From: a bacterium
GTDB lineage: Bacteria > Patescibacteriota > Microgenomatia > JAMCZE01
Assembly: GCA_021836035.1 (NCBI GenBank)
Contig: JAKBJL010000003.1
Span: 132,135 to 196,134, forward strand
Direction of reading: 5' to 3'
Length of the DNA: 64,000 nt
Positions 20,381 to 29,183 of the stretch are shown one piece after another; position 1 is the stretch's first letter, and the number at the start of each line of letters is the position of its first letter. Made by a program: the position numbers and the translations under genes. The notes under the pieces are model-generated. The model did not search any database. It had not been told where the DNA came from and saw only the letters and a program-made list of their open reading frames with translations.

Positions 20381-22213
20381 ATGACCAAGAAAGCAATTAC
20401 TGAGGAACTGCGGGAAATGATTTTCGCGGCGGTCAGAAAAGAATTCCCCGAGGCGGAAATAAAACCGGAGGATATTTTGCTGGAACATCCGGCATCCGAA
20501 GAGCACGGTGATTATGCGACAAATATTGCTTTAAAGCTTAAAGCAAATAGCAAATGGCTACTGGCTCAAAGTCCTTTGGAGGTTGCGGAACGGTTGGTTA
20601 ACAGAATAGCAGAACAGAAGGATAGCAGGATAAAAAAGATTGAAACCGCAGGACCGGGGTTTATTAATTTTAAACTTTCTCCGGAATGGCAATGGGAACA
20701 GGTGAAAGAAATAATACTGGCGGAAGAAAATTACGGAAAATCACCCGACAAACAGAAAAAAATTGTCATTGAGTTGGTCAGCCCGAATATTAATAAGCCG
20801 CTGCATGTTGGACATCTCAGAAACGCAGCGCTGGGAATGAGTTTAGCCGCGTTATATCAAGCAAGTGGTTGGAAAGTTGTCAGGGATGAAATTAACAACG
20901 ATCGGGGACTGCATATCATGAAAGCCGCATATGGTTATTTGCTTTACGGCCGGAAAAATCCGGCAAAACAAAACGGCTGGCGGGATCTGCTGGGAGCCTG
21001 GGTTGCTCAGCCGGGACTGTGGAAAACACCGGTCGATGAAGGCCTGAAACCGGATTATTTTGTCGGTAATTATTATGTCTTAGGCGAAAAGTTTCTTAAC
21101 GAGAATATAAAGTTTGCCGGAGAGCAGCTAGCGGAAATGCTCCAGGCTTGGGAAGCCGAGGACAAAGAAATACGGCGGTTGTGGAAAGTACTAGGAGATT
21201 GGGTACACGAGGGTATCGATCAAACCTATAAACGCCTGGGGGTTAGGCATGAAAAAAGATGGTATGAGAGTTTACTTTACCAGGAAGGCAAAAAGGTTAT
21301 TCTTGAGGGATTAGAAAATGGCGTCTTCGAAAAATTGCCCGACGGGGCAATCCGGGCAAATCTGGAAAAATACGGCCTGCCGAATAAGATCCTTATCCGC
21401 AGCGACGGAACAGCAATCTATATGACCTTTGATATTGCCCTTACCAAACATAAGGTAGAGGAATATATCGCCGATAAATATGTTTGGGTTGTGGGCAGCG
21501 ACCAAATAGACCACTTTAAAAGATTATTTGTGATTTTTGAAATGTTGGGTTTAGGAAAAAGGGAAAATTTTTTCCATCTGGCATACGGCATGGTCCGGGT
21601 TCCGGGAGGAAAAATGAGCAGCCGGCTGGGAAATGTTGTCCTGGCAGATGATCTATTGGATAAGGTAAAAGAGATGACTATAAAATTAATGGCCGAGAGG
21701 AAAATCGGGGGTGAACTTTCGGAAGAAGAAAAAGAGAAAGCAGCGGAAGCCGTTAGCATCGGAGCGGTTAAATATACCATATTAAAGGTTGATCCGCTGC
21801 TAAATCTGGTTTTTGATTTGGAAAAGAGCATCTCGTTGGAGGGGGACTCGGGACCATATCTACAATATGCGTATACCAGGGCTAAGAGTGTATTGAGAAA
21901 ATCCCAAATACCAAATACCAATTCCCAAATCCCAAGGGGAGATATTTCTAACGAAGAACAATCTATCCTGCGTTATCTATACCGTTATCCGGAGGTTGTG
22001 GAAGTAGCAGCAAAAAACTATAATCCCAGCATAATCTGCAATTATCTCTTTAGTCTTGCCCAGCGGTTTAATAGTTTTTATAATAATCAGCCGATATTGA
22101 ACCCGGGAAATGAGAGTTTGTCAGACCGGAGGTTGCAGCTGACGGAAGCTACAGCGATAATTTTAAAATCGGGACTGAATATGCTAGGAATTGAAGCTAT
22201 GGAGAAAATGTAA
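20381..22213 (+). CDS. argS: arginyl-tRNA synthetase
   Basis: Class I HIGH (PLHVGHLRNAALG), ArgRS N-domain, DALR anticodon-binding C-terminus ending …IEAMEKM; low-complexity insert (SQIPNTNSQIP). Confidence 0.9.
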   Translation: MTKKAITEELREMIFAAVRKEFPEAEIKPEDILLEHPASEEHGDYATNIALKLKANSKWLLAQSPLEVAERLVNRIAEQKDSRIKKIETAGPGFINFKLSPEWQWEQVKEIILAEENYGKSPDKQKKIVIELVSPNINKPLHVGHLRNAALGMSLAALYQASGWKVVRDEINNDRGLHIMKAAYGYLLYGRKNPAKQNGWRDLLGAWVAQPGLWKTPVDEGLKPDYFVGNYYVLGEKFLNENIKFAGEQLAEMLQAWEAEDKEIRRLWKVLGDWVHEGIDQTYKRLGVRHEKRWYESLLYQEGKKVILEGLENGVFEKLPDGAIRANLEKYGLPNKILIRSDGTAIYMTFDIALTKHKVEEYIADKYVWVVGSDQIDHFKRLFVIFEMLGLGKRENFFHLAYGMVRVPGGKMSSRLGNVVLADDLLDKVKEMTIKLMAERKIGGELSEEEKEKAAEAVSIGAVKYTILKVDPLLNLVFDLEKSISLEGDSGPYLQYAYTRAKSVLRKSQIPNTNSQIPRGDISNEEQSILRYLYRYPEVVEVAAKNYNPSIICNYLFSLAQRFNSFYNNQPILNPGNESLSDRRLQLTEATAIILKSGLNMLGIEAMEKM

Positions 22214-22216
22214 AAT

Positions 22217-22411
22217 ATGACGGAAGGACCGCTCACTAAGCGCATCAAGGAGCGAAAAATCCGGCAGGAGGAGCAGCGGGCTGCCGAAGAAGGGAAAATA
22301 ACGGAGTTACAGAGGCTTGCCAATCAGAAGATGGCGGAGGAAATAAGCCGCAAGATGAAAGAGGCCGAATCTAAGACCGGGAAAACAACGGGTCCGGAAA
22401 GCGGTAGTTAA
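22217..22411 (+). CDS. small charged coiled-coil hypothetical protein
   Basis: 64-aa ORF immediately after argS; low complexity. Confidence 0.3.
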   Translation: MTEGPLTKRIKERKIRQEEQRAAEEGKITELQRLANQKMAEEISRKMKEAESKTGKTTGPESGS

Positions 22412-22445
22412 AAAAAATAAATTTTGTTAAAATAATTCTCGTCTT

Positions 22446-23027
22446 ATGGAAAGAACAGTAGTTTTGCTGAAACCAGACGGTGTTAAAAGGGGACTGGTCG
22501 GGGAAATTATCTCCCGCTTTGAGAAAGTGGGGTTGAAAATTGTAGCCATGAAAATGGTTTGGGTTGATGAAGAAATGGTAAGGAAACACTATCCTATTAC
22601 CCGAGAAGAATGGGTGAAAAAAATCGGAGAGAAAACCCTGGAAAGCTATAAACAATATGGCCAGGATCCCGGTGAAAAAATCGGCACTACCGATCCCAAA
22701 GAAATCGGCTTAAAGGTATGTAATTGGCTGGTGGATTATTTAACATCAGGTCCTGTTATAGCGGTAGTTTTAGAAGGGCCGCATGCCATTGCCGTTGTGC
22801 GAAAAATGACTGGTCACACTTATCCTGAAGTTGCGCTACCCGGAACAATACGCGGTGATTATTCGGTTGATTCCACGGAGATTGCTAATGAAAAGAAACG
22901 CTCTACCCGGAATTTAGTGCACGCTTCCGGTAACGCAGAGGAAGCAAAATTTGAGGAGGAGCTCTGGTTTCATAAAAAGGAAATCCACGATTACCACAGG
23001 GTTGACGAGGATATTATCTACGGATAA
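22446..23027 (+). CDS. ndk: nucleoside diphosphate kinase with a ~40-aa internal insertion
   Basis: TVVLLKPDGVKRGLVGEIISRFE, catalytic His region NLVHASGN; 193 aa versus ~140 typical. Confidence 0.85.
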   Translation: MERTVVLLKPDGVKRGLVGEIISRFEKVGLKIVAMKMVWVDEEMVRKHYPITREEWVKKIGEKTLESYKQYGQDPGEKIGTTDPKEIGLKVCNWLVDYLTSGPVIAVVLEGPHAIAVVRKMTGHTYPEVALPGTIRGDYSVDSTEIANEKKRSTRNLVHASGNAEEAKFEEELWFHKKEIHDYHRVDEDIIYG

Positions 23028-23346
23028 CTCTTCTATTTTTTCAACGGATCGGAAAATTAATCAAGTATGAGGGAGAAAAGAAGGAAGTAGGGAAGGTTCG
23101 TGGAGCAAATCTTCCGGAGGACTGCGCGAAAAGATATGCCCGTTATCTATGGGGATATGTCTTTTGGCAGCCACAGCCAGATGGGTGTGGAGCGACCTTC
23201 CCGCTTTCCGGCAAGGGGATCCAAAACATAATTGATTCTTGGGAATTTGGGTGAATTGGCTAGGCGGGCCGCTAGCGGAAGTATTTTCCCGGCCCCGGAC
23301 GGTTATAGATAACTGAGAACCGGCGGCTGTCGATGGTAAAGAAGAG
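23028..23346 (+). ncRNA. rnpB: candidate RNase P RNA (reduced bacterial type)
   Basis: Fills the ~500-nt gap with no credible ORF. CR-IV-like GGGUGAAUUGG (23248) then a GCUAGGCGG/CCGCUAGC hairpin; CR-V-like GAGAACCGGCGGCU (23315). CR-I-like GGAAGGUUCGUGGAGC…UCCGGAGGAC near the 5-prime end. P1: 5-prime CUCUUCU (23028-34) pairs with AGAAGAG (23340-46). Confidence 0.45.
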
Positions 23347-23525
23347 CTTCGCAGATAAAACTTTAGGTCATTATTCGGCATGACTACACAATAGAGGGAA
23401 AATATTTATTTGCCACTAGAATCGGGTAAGGATACAGCAAGAAATAAACCAAGTCAGACTTGGCTCAGTCGAAGGATCTTGTCCCGAGCAGTTAGACTTC
23501 GCTCACCGTAAGCATTGTTGAAGGG

Positions 23526-23555
23526 TTGACAAAATTAATACCCAATTCCTATCTT
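23526..23555 (+). promoter_or_regulatory. candidate sigma70-type promoter (TTGACA-N18-TATCTT) for the 23586 ORF
   Basis: TTGACA at 23526-31 and TATCTT at 23550-55. Confidence 0.25.
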
Positions 23556-23585
23556 CCTAAAATCTTCGGAATCTACTATAGCTGC

Positions 23586-23912
23586 ATGGCTCAGACGAAA
23601 GTAACTACCAACCACGGAGAAATTATCCGCTGGGTTCAGAAACATAAGGGCAAACCGCAAATAGCCGTCGATCCCCAAGCCGGGTCGGATTTGCCGATAA
23701 TTAGGATTGATTTTCCCGGAGCGGGAGTTGATAACTTTTTGGGTTCTGACGAGATTACCAGAAATCTTTCCTGGGAAGAGTTTTTCCGTTTTTTTGATGA
23801 AGAACGCCTGGCTTTTATATATGAAGACCGCGACAAACTGGCAGATCCCAGTTTGGCTTATCGTTTTATCAAACGCGGTTTGGTAGATGCTGAAAGTGGA
23901 AGCCAGCTCTAG
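23586..23912 (+). CDS. hypothetical protein
   Basis: Protein-like composition (…DEITRNLSWEEFFRFFDEERLAFIYEDRDKLADPS…); probable start MAQTK at 23586 (the ORF track starts at 23526). Confidence 0.4.
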   Translation: MAQTKVTTNHGEIIRWVQKHKGKPQIAVDPQAGSDLPIIRIDFPGAGVDNFLGSDEITRNLSWEEFFRFFDEERLAFIYEDRDKLADPSLAYRFIKRGLVDAESGSQL

Positions 23913-23969
23913 TGGTTCATACAAGTTACATAAAAATTTCCCACACAAATTTAAACCAAAAAGTATAAA

Positions 23970-24311
23970 TTGACCGATATGAATATTGTCGTCTTTTTCC
24001 AGGAGTTGATCACAAACCCGACCAATCTCGTGAGTTGGATTCTCTTCGGACTGATTGTCGGGACACTTGTGCACCTTATTGATCCCGGGGATGTCCGCGG
24101 GGGCATAATCGGAACGGTTATTTTAGGGGTGTTCGGAGCTTTACTTGGGGGTCTTGCTACCGCCTGGCTTTTGGGAATAGCTTTGGTGGGCTTTAGTCTC
24201 CAGGGATTAATTGTCGCCGTTATCGGCGCCTTAATTTTAGCTTTAATTTCCCGCCTGGTATTTCGCAGGACGGGGGTCTTTACCACCACGACCAGAACCG
24301 AGCAAAGATGA
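23970..24311 (+). CDS. GlsB/YeaQ/YmgE-family (transglycosylase-associated) small membrane protein
   Basis: Gly-rich TM helices …GGIIGTVILGVFGALLGGLATAWLLG…VAVIGALILALISRLV. Confidence 0.7.
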   Translation: MTDMNIVVFFQELITNPTNLVSWILFGLIVGTLVHLIDPGDVRGGIIGTVILGVFGALLGGLATAWLLGIALVGFSLQGLIVAVIGALILALISRLVFRRTGVFTTTTRTEQR

Positions 24312-24330
24312 TCTATAACAAATGCTTCTT

Positions 24331-24735
24331 TTAATGCGCGCGCATGGTGGACGGCGGAGTAAAAAGCGGGTAGTGATCAAGGGTGCGAAGAAAAATACGG
24401 GGGAAATGGTGTTTAAAAGGATAGGAATGCGGGCAATGCTCTATCGTGAAGCTTTCCTGATGGGGTCTAATTAAATCTGCCGTCAGGGTCAAGTCAAAAA
24501 CTTCAGCATTTAAATGGCGGTAAGCAAATTTTTTCCACTCCCGCGGGCCGATTTTAACCGCATCGCCCTGATCGGTAGACTGGCAGCAGAGATTGATGTG
24601 ACAGCGGTTGGGACTTTGACCGCGCTCCTGTAGATTGTGGTGGAGATGAACCAAAATTTCAGAGATGTTACGGCAAGAAGCGCATTCCGGAAAGTTTTGC
24701 GGGCGGGAGATTTGCTGCTTTTCTTTTGTTGCCAT
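24331..24735 (-). CDS. hypothetical Cys/His-rich protein
   Basis: 134 aa with CASC…HLHH…CHINLCC; no family assigned. Confidence 0.3.
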   Translation of the reverse strand: MATKEKQQISRPQNFPECASCRNISEILVHLHHNLQERGQSPNRCHINLCCQSTDQGDAVKIGPREWKKFAYRHLNAEVFDLTLTADLIRPHQESFTIEHCPHSYPFKHHFPRIFLRTLDHYPLFTPPSTMRAH

Positions 24736-24794
24736 TTAAGAGGGCAGCGGCCTTATCTTAGCATAATTACCGTGGGCGTCAAGAGAATTGGGGT

Positions 24795-25610
24795 TTGTTT
24801 TTATTATTCAGGCGGGATAAAATGCCCTCAATGAAAATTGGCGATTGTGAAACACCGTCCGGGGCGGGAGCGCTGGAAATGACTGCCTTAGAAAAAAGGC
24901 AGATCCTTTATCCCGAGAGTCGGGCAATGTTACGAACGAAAATTACCCAAGTCCAGGGAAAAGTGGAACAACGTTGGGGAGAGCATATACCCGGCGATAC
25001 CAAGAGGAAAAACCTTACATTAGCGGAGCGGGTTTATGTCCTGGGTGCTAAAGATTACGATGCAGAATTGGGAGGGTTTGACCACAAGGTTGATTCGGCA
25101 AATCCTTTAGCGATGTTTACGGAATGCGGGGCATTTTATTATGCGCGTATAGTAGGTCAGGATTTAGGTTGGGGAGAGGTCGTGGCGGGAAACGGACGGG
25201 AGGAAAAGTTAGCGGCATTTTTCGCCGCACAATTAGCGGTTTTTGGCAGCCGGGTGCATGATTTTTACTTTAACGGGAAAGACAGAATTACGGAGTCTGC
25301 TGATATTTTAAAACAGCAAAATACCGCGGAAATCCGGGAATCGTTTTACCCGCCAGTAGGCACCGGCCAGCAATACCAAATTCCCATTACTTCCGGGTAC
25401 CAATCCCTAGGCTGCAGCTTAACGCAATTGGGAATAATTATTTTACGTTATTCTAGCGATCTGGAATCTTTTGCTAGCATCGAGAGACTGGAGGAATGGC
25501 GGAATTTATTTGGTAGAAATGAGCAAAAAATGCGCCGCGTCGTGGCCGGAACTATTTTAGATTGCACCCTTGCCCACGAGATAGTCCATCTCTACGGACC
25601 GCAGATTTAA
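24795..25610 (+). CDS. hypothetical protein
   Basis: 271-aa ORF with coding-like composition; no motif recognised. Confidence 0.5.
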   Translation: MFLLFRRDKMPSMKIGDCETPSGAGALEMTALEKRQILYPESRAMLRTKITQVQGKVEQRWGEHIPGDTKRKNLTLAERVYVLGAKDYDAELGGFDHKVDSANPLAMFTECGAFYYARIVGQDLGWGEVVAGNGREEKLAAFFAAQLAVFGSRVHDFYFNGKDRITESADILKQQNTAEIRESFYPPVGTGQQYQIPITSGYQSLGCSLTQLGIIILRYSSDLESFASIERLEEWRNLFGRNEQKMRRVVAGTILDCTLAHEIVHLYGPQI

Positions 25611-25941
25611 TCCCGTTGTTTTGATACCCATGTTGGGAAACGGCTGTTAAATTGATTTTTTGATAAGCCGGGTTTATAGGTGTCGGTACGCAGATAAATA
25701 TAATCGCTGCAGAGCCTGCTATTTATTTCAATGGCTCGAAGTCATAAGCGGGATTGTGAATAAGAATCGGGCAGCGGGGTTTAAATACGTATTCGACCGC
25801 CTTGCCGACAAACTCGTAACCGACAATTCCGACTTTAGGAATTGGGCAAAGAGGCAAATATAATGAAAGAGAAAGAAAGTAATGCAAGTCCAATTGGTAA
25901 ATAAACCCATGAGACAATAAAACCGTTTATCCAGGCGGTAG

Positions 25942-25950
25942 TGGTATAAT
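25942..25950 (+). promoter_or_regulatory. extended -10 element TGGTATAAT 10 nt upstream of the 25960 start (near-leaderless)
   Basis: TGgTATAAT at 25942-25950. Confidence 0.3.
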
Positions 25951-25959
25951 TTATGTGGT

Positions 25960-26313
25960 ATGGACGATTCAGTCGTCGAAAAAGATCCACAAAAACCTAG
26001 CGGCTTTAATGTTCCGCCGGACTCGACGCTAACTTTCCAGGAGGCTATAAAAAGAGGGGAATATGATCCAAAATTTCTGGAAGGGTTCGCCATTTGGCAC
26101 ACTTTGAGCCGCGATGTTCAATTTGAATATATTCGCGAAGCCTTAAAAAATCGTGAGAAGCAATATGTTGTCCAGTTTGCAGAAATCAATAATGTTCTGG
26201 ATTTTAGTAAGAAACCGCAGTTACAACAAGTCCTTAACAATATTCAACAAAAAATTCAAAAACTTCGGGAAGAAAAGGAAAGATTGTATATTGAATACAC
26301 TAAACCGGAATAA
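25960..26313 (+). CDS. hypothetical protein
   Basis: 117 aa, charged and helical (…LREEKERLYIEYTKPE). Confidence 0.45.
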   Translation: MDDSVVEKDPQKPSGFNVPPDSTLTFQEAIKRGEYDPKFLEGFAIWHTLSRDVQFEYIREALKNREKQYVVQFAEINNVLDFSKKPQLQQVLNNIQQKIQKLREEKERLYIEYTKPE

Positions 26314-26340
26314 ATATAATGATGAAATTATCGCCCCGAT

Positions 26341-27301
26341 TTAAATTCCCCGTTTTTCTCTTGTAATGACATCCAGCAAATGGTTAGGTTCGTATAATGA
26401 TCTTGCGTTGTAAAGGCATTTATTTACCAATGGTTTAGACATGTGACATTCAAGTTGAGAAATTACCCTGGTAATACCTTCCAGCTGCTTAACGTATGCT
26501 CCTGGCGACCCAAACGCTTCCTGGTATTTACCATAGAGATCACCTGATAGAGTATGTTTGATGTTGTCAAGCTTATCGTAGATTGTGTTTGTGCTGGTTT
26601 CTTCGCGGGTAATTTTCCCTGATCCGTCCCTCTGGACTGTTTTGGTGGTATAAATATTTGGTACGTAAGTGTCACGGTAATAGGCAGCAAATTCTTCGAG
26701 AACCGCTTCTTTTGGACCACGGTTGTCTCGATTGGGGTCAAGAGTATGGCCGACTTCATGGAGCATGTCCGCATCCAGATTACCCGTAAATATCAAAGTC
26801 AAATCTTTTGTCAGGGGATCTTTATCCAACACGTCACCACTTATCGTAACCCCATTTGATCCGCTGTGGCCGGCCAGTTTCTTATAGAGTTTTTTGGTAA
26901 TCAGCTAAGTCCATACTAAAATAAGGTCGGGCGAAAGAATAGCCATATTGATCGGCCAAAGCCTTTACATCCGGTGAGTTAGACACAACCTTTAATCCAT
27001 CCAGGCCATCTTGGGCTATCTCTTCACCTGGCTGTTCACGTAGATTATTGAATAATTTTACCGGCCATGGTTTAAGAGGGTCTTCTTTTTGCATATTTTC
27101 CAGCTCTTGTTGAAAACGATGATAATGCTCCTCTTTTTCCTGATTAATAACCAAGGGTCCCCTAAAGCGGTCGACGACGGGATCAGAGATCTTTAGTTCG
27201 CTATTTGTTGGCTTTAGGGCATGGGAGAGATCTAGTGATCCGTCAGGGCTTACTTTTGCCCCGATAATTAATCCCAAATCAGCATTCCCGTCTGCTGGCA
27301 T
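26341..27301 (-). pseudogene. HExxH zinc-metallopeptidase-like gene split into two frames (26882..27301 then 26341..26832)
   Basis: Downstream part carries DADMLHEVGHTLDP; the two ORFs are 49 nt apart, same strand, offset by one frame. Confidence 0.35.
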
Positions 27302-27423
27302 ATGTTAACCAAAACACCTTTTATCCTGGGCCGGAGCCATCTGAGCCTACAGACGTCGTCTGGCGAAGCTGAATAAAAACCTATCTCAAGGCTCTATCCC
27401 AAATTTGTGCCTGATTTCTTGAA

Positions 27424-27460
27424 GCTCTGGATGGAAGGTACCGAACCTTTTACGCACAAA
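27424..27460 (+). repeat. recombinase-like 3-prime-end remnant repeat R1 (degenerate: GC--TCTGGATGGAAGGTACCGAACCTTTTACGCACAAA)
   Basis: Aligns to R2-R5. Confidence 0.6.
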
Positions 27461-28147
27461 TTATTCCAGGCAACTATTTTTTGTTGGTCCCCGGCGAAAA
27501 CGATCCAGGAAAATTGTCTGTGAAATATCAATTGAATCTCGATAAAGACCCATTTTAAAATAAACTAAATTTTGTGTGTAATCAAAACCAAGTGGACCAT
27601 GATAACTGGCTAATATTTCGTTGTTGATCCAGACATCAACAAACCCGTCTAATGATTCGTTGAGTTGGTAATTAACCAAGACATCATGCCAAATACCGCG
27701 TGGATCTTTTGTCCAAAAGTATTTTTTCATTAATTGCTTCCTGCCCATTATGCAAAATTGCAACTGTCCGTTAATATAGCGAAATGAAAGAAAAGGTGAT
27801 TGTTTTTCTTCCTGGTAAAATTGTTTCCATTGTGCGAAAAGTAAACGATTATCAACGATAGGGAAATTGGTGGGGAAGTAAAACGAAAAAGCATACCAAA
27901 TGCCAGAATTTAAAGGTACTAAAATATCTTGTTTTTCCGAAAATTCTGCCCTTTCGGTGGGTTTATTATCTCGACCAATATCTGGTTTATCTCCGGTGCG
28001 AAGAGTTATTTTTAAGCTAGACTTTCCGTTCCGGGCTTGTTCTTCTGAAATTTCCCAAGAATGTTGTTCAACCCTTTTGAGCCACCAAATATTCCCATCT
28101 ATCTTACCTTCAAAATCGTCTTTTAATATTAAATCTTGGGCCGCCAC
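27461..28147 (-). CDS. ConA-like lectin/glucanase-fold protein, possibly a polysaccharide lyase (PF14099-like)
   Basis: 228 aa, W/F/Y-rich beta-sandwich-like sequence (…GIWYAFSFYFPTNFP…LLFAQWKQ…). Confidence 0.3.
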   Translation of the reverse strand: MAAQDLILKDDFEGKIDGNIWWLKRVEQHSWEISEEQARNGKSSLKITLRTGDKPDIGRDNKPTERAEFSEKQDILVPLNSGIWYAFSFYFPTNFPIVDNRLLFAQWKQFYQEEKQSPFLSFRYINGQLQFCIMGRKQLMKKYFWTKDPRGIWHDVLVNYQLNESLDGFVDVWINNEILASYHGPLGFDYTQNLVYFKMGLYRDSIDISQTIFLDRFRRGPTKNSCLE

Positions 28148-28230
28148 AAATTTATTGTAACAGAAGGTTCTTCCATTCAGCCATGAGATACTTTGGTATA
28201 GAAGCTAGGTAAGAATTTCTTCAGAAGAGT

Positions 28231-28295
28231 TTAGTGAACTATGTTTGCAACTACTACCGGGAAAATTATTCCAAGTACTAATGGTTACTATTGCG
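28231..28295 (+). repeat. second-type remnant repeat (≈80 % identical to 42997..43062, the 3-prime end of ORF 42709..43068)
   Basis: …TTTAGTGAACTATGTTTGCAACTACTACCGGGAAAATTATTCCAAGTACTAATGGTTACT… versus …CTTGGTGAACTACGTCAGCAACTTCTACCGGGAAAACTGTTCCAGTTACCAATGGTTACT…; the local copy carries a stop. Confidence 0.55.
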
Positions 28296-28362
28296 GGAGA
28301 ATAGTTAAAAAGCTGTCAAAATCATAAACTATGTTAGCTATGTTAGAATTGATTAAGATTCA

Positions 28363-28987
28363 ATGGCCAAGCTAGTTTCAACTAATCCCTCCAAAAATTT
28401 CGAAAAAATTGGTGAAGTCGATATTTCTTCTGAAAATGAGATTGCCGGAAAGGTTAAGAAGGCAAGGGAAGTCCAGAAGAGCTGGGGAAGTTTATCCGTA
28501 AAAGAACGGGTAATATACCTGCAAAAGGTATATGACCTTTTTGAAAAGCACCGGGAGGAACTTGGAAAGCTTGTTGGTGACGAAATTGGGATGCCATTGT
28601 CTGTGAGGGATTCTATGGAAATCGGAGCCGGTCAAGATTACTTCAAATGGTATTTGGAGAATGCGGAAAAATCTCTGTCACCGGAAATAACTCATGAAGA
28701 CGAAACCTCGCAAAGTAAGGTTTACTATGAACCTACTGGTGTCGCTGCTGTAATATCCCCCTGGAATTTTCCTTGGATTGGGAGGCTATCTTTTTACAGA
28801 GGATAAAATGTCAGCCAGGAGAGAAGCCTCAAAGATAAAGACGGGGATGATCGGGATTAATAACACAACTTACCTTCATCCGGCTAATCCATGGGGAGGA
28901 TATAAGAAATCAGGGCTGGGAAGGGGGAATGGAAAGTTTGGTCTTCGAGGGGTATCACAAATAAAGGTTGTTACTCTTGAAAAATAA
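28363..28987 (+). pseudogene. aldehyde dehydrogenase remnant: N-terminal ~147 aa joined out of frame to C-terminal ~60 aa; catalytic core (~270 codons) deleted
   Basis: N-fragment ends with the ALDH motif VYYEPTGVAAVISPWNFPW; C-fragment has GINNTTYLHPANPWGGYKKSGLGRGNG (the PFGG-K-SG-GRE region); the Cys/Glu catalytic region is absent. Confidence 0.75.
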
Positions 28988-29133
28988 TAAGCAAGGTGGG
29001 AGGAAAACACCTTCGGTTAGCTCCGCCAAGGCGAAGTCGAACAAACGCGAGTTGATAAATCAGCTCGCTTCGTTCGTCCTGTGAACTCGCTTGAAACAAA
29101 ATATCCCGAGACAAATGCCCGGGAATTTTGTTT

Positions 29134-29174
29134 GCAGCCCTGGATGGAAGACATTCGAACCTTTTACGCACAAA
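29134..29174 (+). repeat. recombinase-like 3-prime-end remnant repeat R2 (GCAGCCCTGGATGGAAGACATTCGAACCTTTTACGCACAAA)
   Basis: Encodes …REFCLQPWMEDIRTFYAQN… in an otherwise unannotated open frame (29021..29209). Confidence 0.65.
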
Positions 29175-29183
29175 ATGCTCTTT

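Noticed and set aside
23061-23381. 106-aa minus-strand ORF in the ndk–23586 gap
   Set aside because: The sequence is not protein-like (Ser/Pro/Thr-rich), and it overlaps the RNase P RNA candidate on the opposite strand.
23440-23500. Extended hairpin (AAGUCAGACUUGG…CAGUUAGACUUCG) as SRP/4.5S RNA
   Set aside because: It lacks a convincing GGAA tetraloop and AGG/AGCAG domain-IV pattern. It could be a 3-prime structure or terminator of the RNase P transcript.
29134-29174. The repeats as duplicated tRNA-Trp 3-prime ends (attL/attR)
   Set aside because: Only TGCAG…ATTCGAACC is shared with the complement of the tRNA end, and the spacing differs. Protein-level conservation among the fragments explains the repeat better. 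It is kept as a caveat in the main finding.
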